From contig JBGPJZ010000001.1 in the NCBI GenBank assembly GCA_041485695.1, forward strand, positions 129,316 to 193,315: DNA of 64,000 nt, in the 5' to 3' direction. Below are positions 9,901 to 17,975 of the stretch, in pieces. Source of the stretch: Minisyncoccia bacterium (GTDB taxonomy: Bacteria; Patescibacteriota; Minisyncoccia; Phycocordibacterales; Phycocordibacteraceae). The notes under the pieces were generated by a model. The model saw only the letters and a program-made list of their open reading frames with translations. It was not told the origin of the DNA and did not search any database. The translations under genes were made by a program, and so were the position numbers. Every line of letters begins with the position of its first letter. The stretch's first letter is position 1.

Positions 9901-11822
9901 GTTAGTTGTTCTTTCGGCACTACGTACTCGATATCGTCATCAAACGAACGAATGATGATGCCAAGAGCAACACCAATGAGCCCCACGATCGCGAGCCACC
10001 ACAGTTGCCAGATCATCCCGAAACCAAAGAGGAAGCTCGCGCCGGCTATGATAAGACCCATGGCGGTATTTTTCGGCATCACGATGTCTTCGACCTCATG
10101 CGCCGCTGTGTGGGGAGCCTGTTTTTGCATCCAAAAAGCGTCCCGCCCGTGTACCTGCGGTATAGTCCTGAAGTTGTAAAAAGGCACGGGGGTCGCGGTC
10201 GACCACTCAAGCGTGCGGCCGCCCCAGGGGTCGCCACCCGCAACGTGCTTTTTCCTCTGCCAGACGCTCACGATAATCTGTAGCGCTTGCAAGCATACGG
10301 CGAGCGCAATGATGCAGGCGCCAACTGCAGCGACGACCAAGAGAGAGTGCCACCCGCTCGCGATGTCGACATAGTCAAGACGCCTCGTCATGCCCATAAG
10401 GCCGAGCGCATAGAGCGGGATAAATGCCGTCACGAACCCGACGATCCAGCACCAAAACGCGTAGGCGCCGATTTTCTCGTTTAGCGTGAAGCCCATGAAC
10501 TTGGGGAACCAGTAGGTAAGCCCGGCAAAAAAGCCGAAGAGGACGCCGCCGATAATCATATTGTGAAAGTGTGCGACCAAAAACAGGCTGTTATGGAGCT
10601 GGAAGTCTACGCCAGGCACTGACATGAGGACTCCCGTCATGCCGCCGATGGTGAACGTGACTAAAAACCCCATGAACCACAGCATCGGGGTTGCAAAGAT
10701 GATGCGCCCGCGAAACATGGTGAAGAGCCAATTGAATATCTTGACGCCAGTGGGGATGGATATGAGCATCGTCATGATGCCGAAAAAGGCGTTGACGTCC
10801 GCCCCCGCGCCCATGGTAAAGAAGTGGTGCAGCCACACGACGAATGAAAGAAGGACGATGAGCATGGTCGCCACGACCATGGAGGTGTAGCCGAACAATC
10901 TCTTTTGCGCGAACACCGGTACGATTTCAGAAAAGACGCCGAACGCGGGCAAGATAAGGATGTACACCTCGGGGTGGCCCCATGCCCAGATAAGGTTGAC
11001 ATAAAGCATTGCGCTGCCGCCGAGGTCGGTAGTGAAAAAGTGCATGTCGAGGAGGCGGTCCAAGGAGAGCATTGCGAGGGTAGCCGTGAGGATGGGGAAG
11101 GCAAAGATAACGAGGAGCATAGAGCCGAGCGCGGTCCAGACGAAAATCGGCATGCGCATCAAGGTCATGCCGGGCGCCCGCATCTTGATGATTGTCGCAA
11201 TAAAATTAACGCCCGAGAGCAAGGTGCCGACCCCCGCTATTTGCAGCGCCCAGATGTAGTAATCGACTCCCACTCCGGGACTGTATGCGAGCTCGGAGAG
11301 GGGAGGGTAGGCGAGCCAGCCGGTCGCTGCGAATTCGCCGAGGACCAGCGAGAGGTTCACGAGAGTAGCCCCGGCAATCGTAAGCCAAAAACTTAGCGAG
11401 TTGAGAAAGGGGTAGGCCACATCCCTGGCTCCGATCTGGAGCGGGACGACGAGGTTCACGAGGCCGAACATAAAGGGCATCGCCACGAAAAAGATCATAA
11501 TCACACCATGGGCGCTAAAGATCTGCGCGAAATGGTCTGGCGTCAAGAAGCCGACCTGGTCTCCGACCGCAAGCGCTTGCTGGCCGCGCATCATCAAGGC
11601 GTCGATGCCTCCGCGCAGAAGCATGACAAACGAGAGGATGATGTACATCGCTCCGATCTTCTTGTGGTCTACCGAGGTAAGCCACTCGCTCCAAAGCCAC
11701 TTCCAGCGTTTAAAGTAAAAGAGCAAACCGACGGCGGCGAGGCCTCCCATGACGACGCTTAATTGACCGAAGGTTTCGATCGGCCCGTGTATAAGCGCGT
11801 CCAGTGTTAGTTTTCCAAACAT
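9897..11822 (-). CDS. cyoB: heme-copper oxidase subunit I (cytochrome bo3 quinol oxidase subunit I)
   Basis: 641 aa; [17 protein letters not shown] and HH..MIIGG ligand motifs of subunit I. Confidence 0.95.
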   Translation of the reverse strand: MFGKLTLDALIHGPIETFGQLSVVMGGLAAVGLLFYFKRWKWLWSEWLTSVDHKKIGAMYIILSFVMLLRGGIDALMMRGQQALAVGDQVGFLTPDHFAQIFSAHGVIMIFFVAMPFMFGLVNLVVPLQIGARDVAYPFLNSLSFWLTIAGATLVNLSLVLGEFAATGWLAYPPLSELAYSPGVGVDYYIWALQIAGVGTLLSGVNFIATIIKMRAPGMTLMRMPIFVWTALGSMLLVIFAFPILTATLAMLSLDRLLDMHFFTTDLGGSAMLYVNLIWAWGHPEVYILILPAFGVFSEIVPVFAQKRLFGYTSMVVATMLIVLLSFVVWLHHFFTMGAGADVNAFFGIMTMLISIPTGVKIFNWLFTMFRGRIIFATPMLWFMGFLVTFTIGGMTGVLMSVPGVDFQLHNSLFLVAHFHNMIIGGVLFGFFAGLTYWFPKFMGFTLNEKIGAYAFWCWIVGFVTAFIPLYALGLMGMTRRLDYVDIASGWHSLLVVAAVGACIIALAVCLQALQIIVSVWQRKKHVAGGDPWGGRTLEWSTATPVPFYNFRTIPQVHGRDAFWMQKQAPHTAAHEVEDIVMPKNTAMGLIIAGASFLFGFGMIWQLWWLAIVGLIGVALGIIIRSFDDDIEYVVPKEQLT

Positions 11823-11824
11823 AG

Positions 11825-12766
11825 TTACATTCCGGGCATGCCCATAGAGGGCCCGCCCGAACGATCGCCCGCCTGAATGACAGAGTCGGGCAGGGAGTCG
11901 TCCGGTCGGGCGGGCGCCATGAATTTCATCAGAATTGTATCGTAGAGGGTATCTGCTACGTTCCCATAGTATGCCGGTGGGTTCGCCTGGCTCGGCTTTG
12001 CGAGTGCGTCATAGGCATGTAGAGTGAGCGATTCCGATGATTGCCGCACCGACTCGACCCAGGCATCAAAATCACTCCCTGAAACAGCTTCTGCAGTGAA
12101 GTTCATCTGCGCGAACCCGTCCCCGCTATAATTTGCCGATCGCCCAGCGAAGGTACCCGTATGGTCGGCGACGAGATTGAGTTCAGTCGACATGCCGGTC
12201 ATTGCGTAAATCTGGCCACCGAGTTCCGGGATCCAGAACGAGTTCATAGGGGCGTCAGCGGTGATAAGAAACTGTATGGGCCGGTTAACGGGGAAGCGCA
12301 CGCTCTGTACGGCGGCTATATGCTGCTCGGGGTAGATGAACAGCCACTTCCACGAGAGAGCCACCACCTCTATCGTAAGCGGCGGCGCCGCTATGGCAAG
12401 CGCTTTGTGCGGATCAAGGGCGTGGGTGCTGCTCCAGGTAATCGCGCTTAGCACGAGCACGATTTCAATCGGGATCGCCCACCACACGAGTTCGCTCATA
12501 GCACCATGCTCCCAGTTGGGGCTATAGACCGCGCGCGTATTGCTTCTCCGATACCACCACGCAAAGAAGAAGGCCAAGCCGAATACGGCGATGGCGACAA
12601 TTAGCATGAGGGAGACGACGTTTGTAATAAGCGTCAGCTCCTCCTTTGCCAGGAGCCCTTTCGGGGCAAGGATGGCAATAGTATGGCCCTGCATTAAAAA
12701 TACGATGAGGCCCAAAATACACGCGCACGCACTAAGGGAAATCGCTAAAACATGGACGGGCTTCAT
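11825..12766 (-). CDS. cyoA: quinol oxidase subunit II (no CuA site)
   Basis: 313 aa; [50 protein letters not shown] aligns with E. coli CyoA and lacks the CuA Cys/His ligands, so quinol oxidase rather than cytochrome c oxidase. Confidence 0.85.
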   Translation of the reverse strand: MKPVHVLAISLSACACILGLIVFLMQGHTIAILAPKGLLAKEELTLITNVVSLMLIVAIAVFGLAFFFAWWYRRSNTRAVYSPNWEHGAMSELVWWAIPIEIVLVLSAITWSSTHALDPHKALAIAAPPLTIEVVALSWKWLFIYPEQHIAAVQSVRFPVNRPIQFLITADAPMNSFWIPELGGQIYAMTGMSTELNLVADHTGTFAGRSANYSGDGFAQMNFTAEAVSGSDFDAWVESVRQSSESLTLHAYDALAKPSQANPPAYYGNVADTLYDTILMKFMAPARPDDSLPDSVIQAGDRSGGPSMGMPGM

Positions 12767-12813
12767 AGCGATAGAGGTACCTGTAGTATAGCGCGTGATA
12801 GTATGGGAGGCAT

Positions 12814-13287
12814 ATGGATCAACCGATGGGTGAGCAGATTAGGAGAGATGCGATTGCGTTTTTACAAAAGAATACCGCAGGAGCGCTCGCCACCGTCGGG
12901 AGCGACGGGAGCCCGCACGTACGGCTGGTGTATTACTCGTGCAATGACTCGTTCGAGATTTATTTCATGACCAAGCGGGATAGCCGCAAGGTCGAGGATA
13001 TCGCCGGTAACCCGCGGGCGGCCTTCACGATCTCTTCGCAAGAGGTGCCGCAGACGCTCCAGATAGAAGGCACGGCCTCTCTTGTAGACATACCTGCGGA
13101 GCCCGATGCCGTCTTAAACGCGCTCTTCGAACGCCTCGCTTCGAACAAGCACTTTACCGCGCCCATCACCAAGATGGGCGACAGCGAGCTTCTCCTGTAC
13201 AAGATAGCTCCCCTGTGGATACGCTGGGGCGACTTCGCCTTTGCGCAAAAAGGCCCGACCGGCATCTTTATCGAGATTGCCGGATAG
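12814..13287 (+). CDS. pyridoxamine 5'-phosphate oxidase-like FMN-binding protein (general stress protein 26 family)
   Basis: 157 aa; GALATVGSDGSPHVRLVYY split-barrel PNPOx signature; GGGAGG RBS. Confidence 0.7.
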   Translation: MDQPMGEQIRRDAIAFLQKNTAGALATVGSDGSPHVRLVYYSCNDSFEIYFMTKRDSRKVEDIAGNPRAAFTISSQEVPQTLQIEGTASLVDIPAEPDAVLNALFERLASNKHFTAPITKMGDSELLLYKIAPLWIRWGDFAFAQKGPTGIFIEIAG

Positions 13288-13300
13288 CCTGCGAAGAAGA

Positions 13301-15217
13301 ATGGAGCATCCTCCCACCGATAAGCCCCTCGAAAGTTCTCAGGACAGGCACGCGGGACACCATACGGAGGATTTTTTGAAGAAGTTCTGGGTGGTGTTTG
13401 TCCTCACCATCCCGATTGTCCTCTACTCCGATTTGCCGCAGGCGTTTTTCTCGTGGGTCGCGCCTGCATTCCCGGGGTCAGGGTACCTTGAGCTCGTACT
13501 AGGGAGCGTCGTCTTTTTCTATGGTGGATTAGTTTTCCTTACAGGCGCGGTGCGTGAGCTGCGGGCACGCCTGCCCGGCATGATGACCTTGATTGCGCTT
13601 GCGATTACTGTCGCATATCTCTACAGCGTCGGGTCACTCTTGTTTGGGAACGGGATGACGCTCTTTTGGGAGCTTTCGACCCTGATTGCAGTGATGCTTA
13701 TCGGCCACTGGGTTGAAATGCGGGCGGTTCAAAGTGCGAAGGGTGCTTTGCAAGAACTAGCAAAACTATTGCCAGACACAGCGGAAGTAATACGAGATGG
13801 AAAAATCATAGCCACGCCACTAAGCGGACTGCAAAACGGCGACATCGTTTTGGTACGTCCGGGCGGGAAGATCCCGGCTGACGGTACCGTGGTCGAAGGA
13901 GACTCCGAAGCAGATGAATCGCTTATTACGGGCGAATCTCGGCCTGTTGCTAAAGCCGTCGGCGCTCTCGTCATCGCAGGATCAATCGATGGCGATGGCA
14001 GCTTACAAATTAGAGTAGAAAAAATCGGCAAAGACACCTTTCTTGCGGGCGTCATGCGGCTCGTAGCTGAAGCTGAAGCCTCGAAGTCGCGCTTGCAGCT
14101 CCTCTCTGATCGCGCCGCATTCTATTTGACCATTCTTGCGGTGGGTGCGGGCGGCATCACCTTTATTGCGTGGCTCTTTGTCGGACAGAGTTTTGGTTTT
14201 GCCATCGAACGGCTTGTCGCAGTCCTCGTTATCGCATGCCCGCACGCGCTTGGGCTTGCGATACCGCTCGTTGCGTCTATTTCGACTACGATGGCAGCCA
14301 CAAACGGCTTCTTCGTGAAGCGCCGCCTCGCCCTCGAGGCGGCGCGCAGTATCAGCACCGTTTTGTTTGATAAAACAGGGACGCTTACGCAGGGCGCTTT
14401 TTCTGTAACGTCATTTACCTCGCCCGAAACTCTCGGATTTGCCGCTGCCGTCGAGCGTCATTCAGAGCACCCTATCGGTAAAGCGATCGTAGAAGAGGCA
14501 CATAAACGAGGTCTTGCGATACCCGAAGCGACACATTTCAAACGCCTCCCCGGGGTCGGCGCGGAGGCACTCGTGAATGGGAAAAAAGTATTCGTCGGGC
14601 ACCGCGGTGGGGTAGACACCCGCGTGGAGCTCGATGGTACTCTTGTGGGCCACGTCTCACTTGCTGACACTCCTCGACCGGAAGCAAAAGAGGCAGTCGA
14701 TATGCTCAAACGCATGGGACTCACCGTGGTCATGATTACGGGTGATTCCGACGAAGTAGCTTCGCAGGTAGCAAAAGAGCTGGGGATAGGGGAGTACTTT
14801 GCGCGCGTACGGCCAGAGGAGAAATCCCAAAAGGTGAAACTCCTCCAAAGCAAGGGAGAAAAGGTCGCAATGGTGGGGGACGGGGTTAATGACGCGCCCG
14901 CACTTAGCCAGGCCGACCTCGGTATCGCGATAGGGGCGGGTACGAATGTCGCCATCGAATCGGCGGGCATCATCCTTGTTAAAAATGACCCGCGCGACAT
15001 TCCAAAAATAATAAAGCTCTCGCGTTTGACGTATTCAAAAATGCTACAGAACCTTTTTTGGGCTACAGGGTACAACATTGTGGCGCTCCCGGTAGCCGCC
15101 GGCGCGCTTGCGGCCTACGGCATCGTGCTTCAACCGGCGTTTGCCGCGATCTTCATGTCGCTCTCAACCGTTATCGTCGCCGTGAACGCCTCCTTGTTGC
15201 GAGGCGCTAGGTTATAA
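13301..15217 (+). CDS. P1B-type heavy-metal (copper) transporting ATPase, CPH motif
   Basis: CPHALG, DKTGTLT, GDGVNDAP motifs; His-rich N-terminus (HAGHHTED). Start moved to ATG 13301 (the ORF from 13241 overlaps the upstream gene). Confidence 0.9.
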   Translation: MEHPPTDKPLESSQDRHAGHHTEDFLKKFWVVFVLTIPIVLYSDLPQAFFSWVAPAFPGSGYLELVLGSVVFFYGGLVFLTGAVRELRARLPGMMTLIALAITVAYLYSVGSLLFGNGMTLFWELSTLIAVMLIGHWVEMRAVQSAKGALQELAKLLPDTAEVIRDGKIIATPLSGLQNGDIVLVRPGGKIPADGTVVEGDSEADESLITGESRPVAKAVGALVIAGSIDGDGSLQIRVEKIGKDTFLAGVMRLVAEAEASKSRLQLLSDRAAFYLTILAVGAGGITFIAWLFVGQSFGFAIERLVAVLVIACPHALGLAIPLVASISTTMAATNGFFVKRRLALEAARSISTVLFDKTGTLTQGAFSVTSFTSPETLGFAAAVERHSEHPIGKAIVEEAHKRGLAIPEATHFKRLPGVGAEALVNGKKVFVGHRGGVDTRVELDGTLVGHVSLADTPRPEAKEAVDMLKRMGLTVVMITGDSDEVASQVAKELGIGEYFARVRPEEKSQKVKLLQSKGEKVAMVGDGVNDAPALSQADLGIAIGAGTNVAIESAGIILVKNDPRDIPKIIKLSRLTYSKMLQNLFWATGYNIVALPVAAGALAAYGIVLQPAFAAIFMSLSTVIVAVNASLLRGARL

Positions 15218-15227
15218 AAACGTCGAA

Positions 15228-15455
15228 CTATGCTGGGCGGGCGCGGAGCCAATCCATCACCTTTTTGCGGTGGACGTCGAGTGACCATGCGCCGGTCGCT
15301 TTAAAGAGGTTCGTATGAGCGGTCTCAAACTCTTCTAGGAGCGCGGCCGATGCGCGGGGGAAGGTAAGCGGAAGATTCTCGTTGTAGAGCTTTAAAAACT
15401 CTATGAGCGAGCGTGACATCTCGCTTCGCGCCCTATCAAGATCCGGCGTTCTCAT
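15228..15455 (-). CDS. hypothetical small protein (75 aa), probably leaderless transcript
   Basis: ORF begins 8 nt downstream of a TATACT -10 box. Confidence 0.35.
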   Translation of the reverse strand: MRTPDLDRARSEMSRSLIEFLKLYNENLPLTFPRASAALLEEFETAHTNLFKATGAWSLDVHRKKVMDWLRARPA

Positions 15456-15463
15456 TGCTTTCT

Positions 15464-15492
15464 AGTATACCATAAACCCCCAAAATTGTCAG
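15464..15492 (-). promoter_or_regulatory. sigma70-like promoter (CTGACA-17-TATACT) for the 15228..15455 gene
   Basis: Minus-strand reading gctgacaattttgggggtttatggtatact. Confidence 0.45.
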
Positions 15493-15511
15493 CTCCTCCG
15501 AATAGACTGCG

Positions 15512-15799
15512 CTAGTTCGTCATCGCTCCCGTTTCCTCCTTCAGTTTGTTTTCAGTCATTTGCTTAACATTTTGTGCCGCTTTAATAGCGTTCAAATCCC
15601 GTTGAACCGTAGCGGGCGTGTCCATGGGGAATGCGCCCGTACCTCCGGTGCCGACACTTTTATTGTTAGTTGAAAATAGGTCCATCCGCCAGGTAAGAAA
15701 CGCGATAAGGAGACAGGTAATCAACAGTGCCAAGAGCCCGACGTATCCGCCCGACGTACTCCGGTTCATAGGTGCATAAAGTGTACCCCGACGGGTCAA
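15512..15799 (-). CDS. hypothetical small membrane-anchored protein
   Basis: 95-aa ORF with one hydrophobic helix. Confidence 0.3.
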   Translation of the reverse strand: MTRRGTLYAPMNRSTSGGYVGLLALLITCLLIAFLTWRMDLFSTNNKSVGTGGTGAFPMDTPATVQRDLNAIKAAQNVKQMTENKLKEETGAMTN

Positions 15800-15875
15800 G
15801 GGACGTTCTCTTAGCCATAGCCCGCCCTACGGGCGAGGCGGATCTGGGCAGTATGAAATTTGATAGGATAATCGC

Positions 15876-16127
15876 ATGGCTCACAAAGAACTCGCCGGCG
15901 GCGTGGTACACAAGATGCCAGCAGATTTGCGAAAGGCCCTGATTTCGACTCCGGCGGCGCGAGCGGCCTGGGAGGATATCACCCCGCTCGCACGCAACGA
16001 GTGGCTTTGCTGGATTACCTCCGGCAAAAAAGTAGAGACGCGGAGCGTCCGCATCAAGAAGGCGCTCTCAAAGCTTCGGGGCGGAATGCGCCGGCCTTGC
16101 TGTTGGGCCGGCTGCCCTCATCGTTGA
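15876..16127 (+). CDS. YdeI/OmpD-associated (OmdA) domain protein
   Basis: 83 aa; AARAAWEDITPLARNEWLCWITSGKKVETRSVRIKKAL matches the OmdA C-terminal consensus. Confidence 0.5.
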   Translation: MAHKELAGGVVHKMPADLRKALISTPAARAAWEDITPLARNEWLCWITSGKKVETRSVRIKKALSKLRGGMRRPCCWAGCPHR

Positions 16128-16140
16128 TTCGAACCCATGT

Positions 16141-16186
16141 ATAAAAAAGAAAAGCCGCCTCCAACGACTTTTCGTTAGGGGCGGCG
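16141..16186 (-). terminator. rho-independent terminator for the 16197..16514 gene
   Basis: Minus strand: cgccgcccctaacgaaaagtcgttggaggcggc hairpin then ttttcttttttat. Confidence 0.6.
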
Positions 16187-16196
16187 AGGGTTGAGC

Positions 16197-16514
16197 TCAG
16201 GCCTTCTTTTTGGGCAGACGGCGGCAGATTCCATCCCAAATTTGCTTCCGTTCTTCCGCTGTAAAAGGCCTATGCAGCTCCAGACCGTATCCCGCCTGTT
16301 CATCATCGGTTCGGTCGTAGTGGACGTAAGTCTGCTCACTAAAGACGACCTGTGTTTTCTTCATATCCCCCATCTCTTCGACGAGAGCCGTCAGTGCCCA
16401 TTCAAGTTGCGAATGGGCCGAAGCTCCCTTGCCACGCCCAACAAGATAGATGCACTCAACAACATTCCTTGGATTCCGCCTCTCATAGACGGACAAAGAA
16501 AAGGTGACAGTCAT
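16197..16514 (-). CDS. hypothetical small protein (105 aa)
   Basis: Start moved to internal ATG 16514 (MTVTFSLSV...), which has a GGGAGG RBS and lies downstream of the mapped promoter. The ORF-track start at 16607 would be upstream of the promoter. Confidence 0.45.
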   Translation of the reverse strand: MTVTFSLSVYERRNPRNVVECIYLVGRGKGASAHSQLEWALTALVEEMGDMKKTQVVFSEQTYVHYDRTDDEQAGYGLELHRPFTAEERKQIWDGICRRLPKKKA

Positions 16515-16550
16515 GGTGGCCTCCCGTGGCGCTAGAATGAACGTGTTTAA

Positions 16551-16625
16551 CGAGCTCGAAGACTCGTTGCTGTTTCTATATATAGCACACCATATAAATA
16601 CTGTCAACCTCTGCTCCGCCGGATA
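16551..16625 (-). repeat. promoter/leader cassette copy A (~75 bp): tRNA-3'-end-like segment + TTGACA-17-TATATA + conserved leader start
   Basis: ~75% identical to 17101..17176. Shared blocks are gctccgc, ctgtcaa, tatata and gactcg..gctg..tttc. Confidence 0.55.
16577..16607 (-). promoter_or_regulatory. sigma70-like promoter TTGACA-17-TATATA (copy A)
   Basis: Minus strand: ttgacagtatttatatggtgtgctatata. Confidence 0.5.
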
Positions 16626-16701
16626 GAAAACGTTCGAACCTGTTTGGTATAGAAATCAAAAGCCCCGCACCAAATTGTGCGGGGCTCGTGGCTCAACTCG
16701 T

Positions 16702-17055
16702 CTACCATCCCTTCATCCAGAAACCCTGCTGCTGACCGAAGGGCGTGATGTAACACATCACTTTTGCCGTCGGGAAATGCCTGCTCACCGCTTCGCCGAG
16801 CTGCTTTGCAAGCGTCGCGCGAACCTCGTCGGTTCGTTCGGGCATTTCCCAGAGTTCGGCGACCTCGATAGCAATTTCGGTTCCGAGACCGTAGTTCATC
16901 ATATCTTTTGGGAAAAGAGTAAGGATGTCCCCCTCATCTTTCAAACCAAGTTCCTTGACACTTACTGCGGCTCTAACGATTTCTTGATGAACCTCGCGAA
17001 GTTTTTCCTCAGTGAGATTGTTGGGGAGGCACCAAACCTTGATCATCGGCATCAT
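16702..17055 (-). CDS. tautomerase-superfamily-like small protein (tandem beta-alpha-beta halves), hypothetical
   Basis: 117 aa starting MMPMIKVW; two ~55-aa halves resemble fused 4-oxalocrotonate-tautomerase-like units. GAAGGA RBS. Weak assignment. Confidence 0.4.
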   Translation of the reverse strand: MMPMIKVWCLPNNLTEEKLREVHQEIVRAAVSVKELGLKDEGDILTLFPKDMMNYGLGTEIAIEVAELWEMPERTDEVRATLAKQLGEAVSRHFPTAKVMCYITPFGQQQGFWMKGW

Positions 17056-17100
17056 CCAAGCGTCCTTCGGCGCGATAGCGATAGATTGAAAGGGAACAAT

Positions 17101-17176
17101 TGAGCTTAATGACTCGGTACTGCTTTCTTATATATCACGATACAGTATAACTGTCAAATCTAGCTCCGCGGGTAAG
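17101..17176 (-). repeat. promoter/leader cassette copy B; begins with a 14-nt near-exact copy of the tRNA 3' end (gctccgcgggta[a/g]g)
   Basis: 17163..17176 gctccgcgggtaag versus tRNA 3' end 17246..17259 gctccgcgggtagg (13/14). Remainder ~75% identical to copy A. Confidence 0.55.
17129..17157 (-). promoter_or_regulatory. sigma70-like promoter TTGACA-17-TATATA (copy B)
   Basis: Minus strand: ttgacagttatactgtatcgtgatatata. Confidence 0.5.
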
Positions 17177-17202
17177 TAAGCTTGCCCGCGTTCTCCTCGT
17201 TC

Positions 17203-17236
17203 AAAAACAAAAAGCCCTTTCAAGGCTTTTTGTTTT
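17203..17236. terminator. bidirectional rho-independent terminator (downstream of the intron-containing tRNA)
   Basis: aaaaagcc-ctttcaa-ggcttttt flanked by A/T runs on both sides. Confidence 0.6.
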
Positions 17237-17244
17237 ACTCACTC

Positions 17245-17539
17245 GGCTCCGCGGGTAGGAGTCGAACCTACAACCAACTCCTTACATCGATCCTTACGTT
17301 TCCGAAAGGGATGGACTATATCATCACCGGATCTCGGTGCGAGGAGCTTCCAATCTCGACAGTACGTCGGAACTGTACTCCCGTTAGGGATAGTCTCTGA
17401 ACCTTTCCTGTTTTTACAGGACTTGGCTGCTGATTACCCGACAAGGGCTTCCAGCAATTCACCTCGTTATTCGACTCGGATTCCTCCGAGAAGCTGCGTT
17501 AAGCCACAGGGAGCTGCTCTACCATTGAGCTACCGCGGA
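17245..17539 (-). tRNA. tRNA gene interrupted by a group I intron; mature tRNA most parsimoniously tRNA-Asn(GUU)
   Basis: Hand-folded. 5' exon 17506..17539 gives acceptor stem, D-arm GCUC-AAUGGUA-GAGC, anticodon stem GCUCC and loop start CUGU. 3' exon 17245..17284 gives UAA, GGAGU, variable UGGUU, T-arm GUAGG-UUCGACU-CCUAC, acceptor CCGCGGA, discriminator G and CC. Joined anticodon loop is CU-GUU-AA. 5' exon ends in U that can pair with G of the intron GCAG (P1); intron ends in omega-G. Confidence 0.75.
17285..17505 (-). mobile_element. group I self-splicing intron (~221 nt, no internal ORF) in the tRNA anticodon loop
   Basis: Contains recognisable group I core elements: P (GAAUUGCUGGAAG), Q (AAUCAGCAGC), R (GGUUCAGAGACUA) and S (AUGAUAUAGUCC), with P7 GACUA/UAGUC pairing and terminal G. 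Confidence 0.75.
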
Positions 17540-17617
17540 ATGTCTCGAACGTATCGATTATACACATAGCTTTCTTATTGAAACAAGTGCATTAACACAC
17601 AGTGTTATGCTGTATGT

Positions 17618-17971
17618 ATGATGCGATCATGTAAGAGGCATGGGGTCACGAAATATTTCATGCGCACCGAAGGGTGGTATCGATGCGGGAAATGCGCGTC
17701 GGAAGCTGTCATTGAAAATCGGCGGCGGAAAAAGACAAAACTTGTGGAGAAGTTCGGTGGCAAGTGTACTATATGCGGATACAATAAATACGTTGGAGCT
17801 CTTGATTTTCATCACACGAGTCCTAAGACAAAGAAGTTTGCTCTAAGTGTTAAAGGACTGTCGTATTCATGGAGCTCAATTCTCGAGGAAGCAAAAAAAG
17901 TGCACATTAGTATGCAAGAATTGTCATGCCGAGATTGAAGCGGGTATTACTAATCTCTCCGTCAAAAATTA
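17618..17971 (+). pseudogene. free-standing HNH homing-endonuclease-like gene, interrupted by a frameshift in an A7 run (17893..17899)
   Basis: Frame 1 (17618..17938) encodes the zinc-ribbon plus CTICGY...ALDFHHTSP HNH core and then stops. Removing one A joins ...CTLVCKNCHAEIEAGITNLSVKN (the N..LC..CH HNH tail) ending at the TAA at 17969..17971. GC ~45%, clearly below the window average. Confidence 0.6.
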
Positions 17972-17975
17972 AAAT

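Noticed and set aside
9906-11396. Several 100-170-aa ORFs antisense to cyoB and cyoA (for example 9906..10283 and 10905..11396)
   Set aside because: They are fully embedded in strongly supported oxidase subunit genes and have charged low-complexity products typical of antisense frames in high-GC DNA.
13241-13300. Upstream start for the P-type ATPase (ORF track start 13241)
   Set aside because: It would overlap the last 15 codons of the PNPOx gene. ATG 13301 follows a purine-rich stretch and precedes the His-rich N-terminus; preferred.
17163-17259. tRNA 3'-end 14-mer repeat interpreted as an attL/attR pair of an integrated element
   Set aside because: Not claimed as fact: the interval between the copies holds only a terminator hairpin and no integrase is nearby. 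Reported as an observation with integration scar as one hypothesis.
17640-17846. Alternative-frame 68-aa ORF inside the HNH gene, following an AAGAGG motif
   Set aside because: The SD-to-ATG spacing is only 1 nt and the product (MGSRNISCAPKGG...) has no motif. The overlapping frame carries the clear zinc-ribbon and HNH core.
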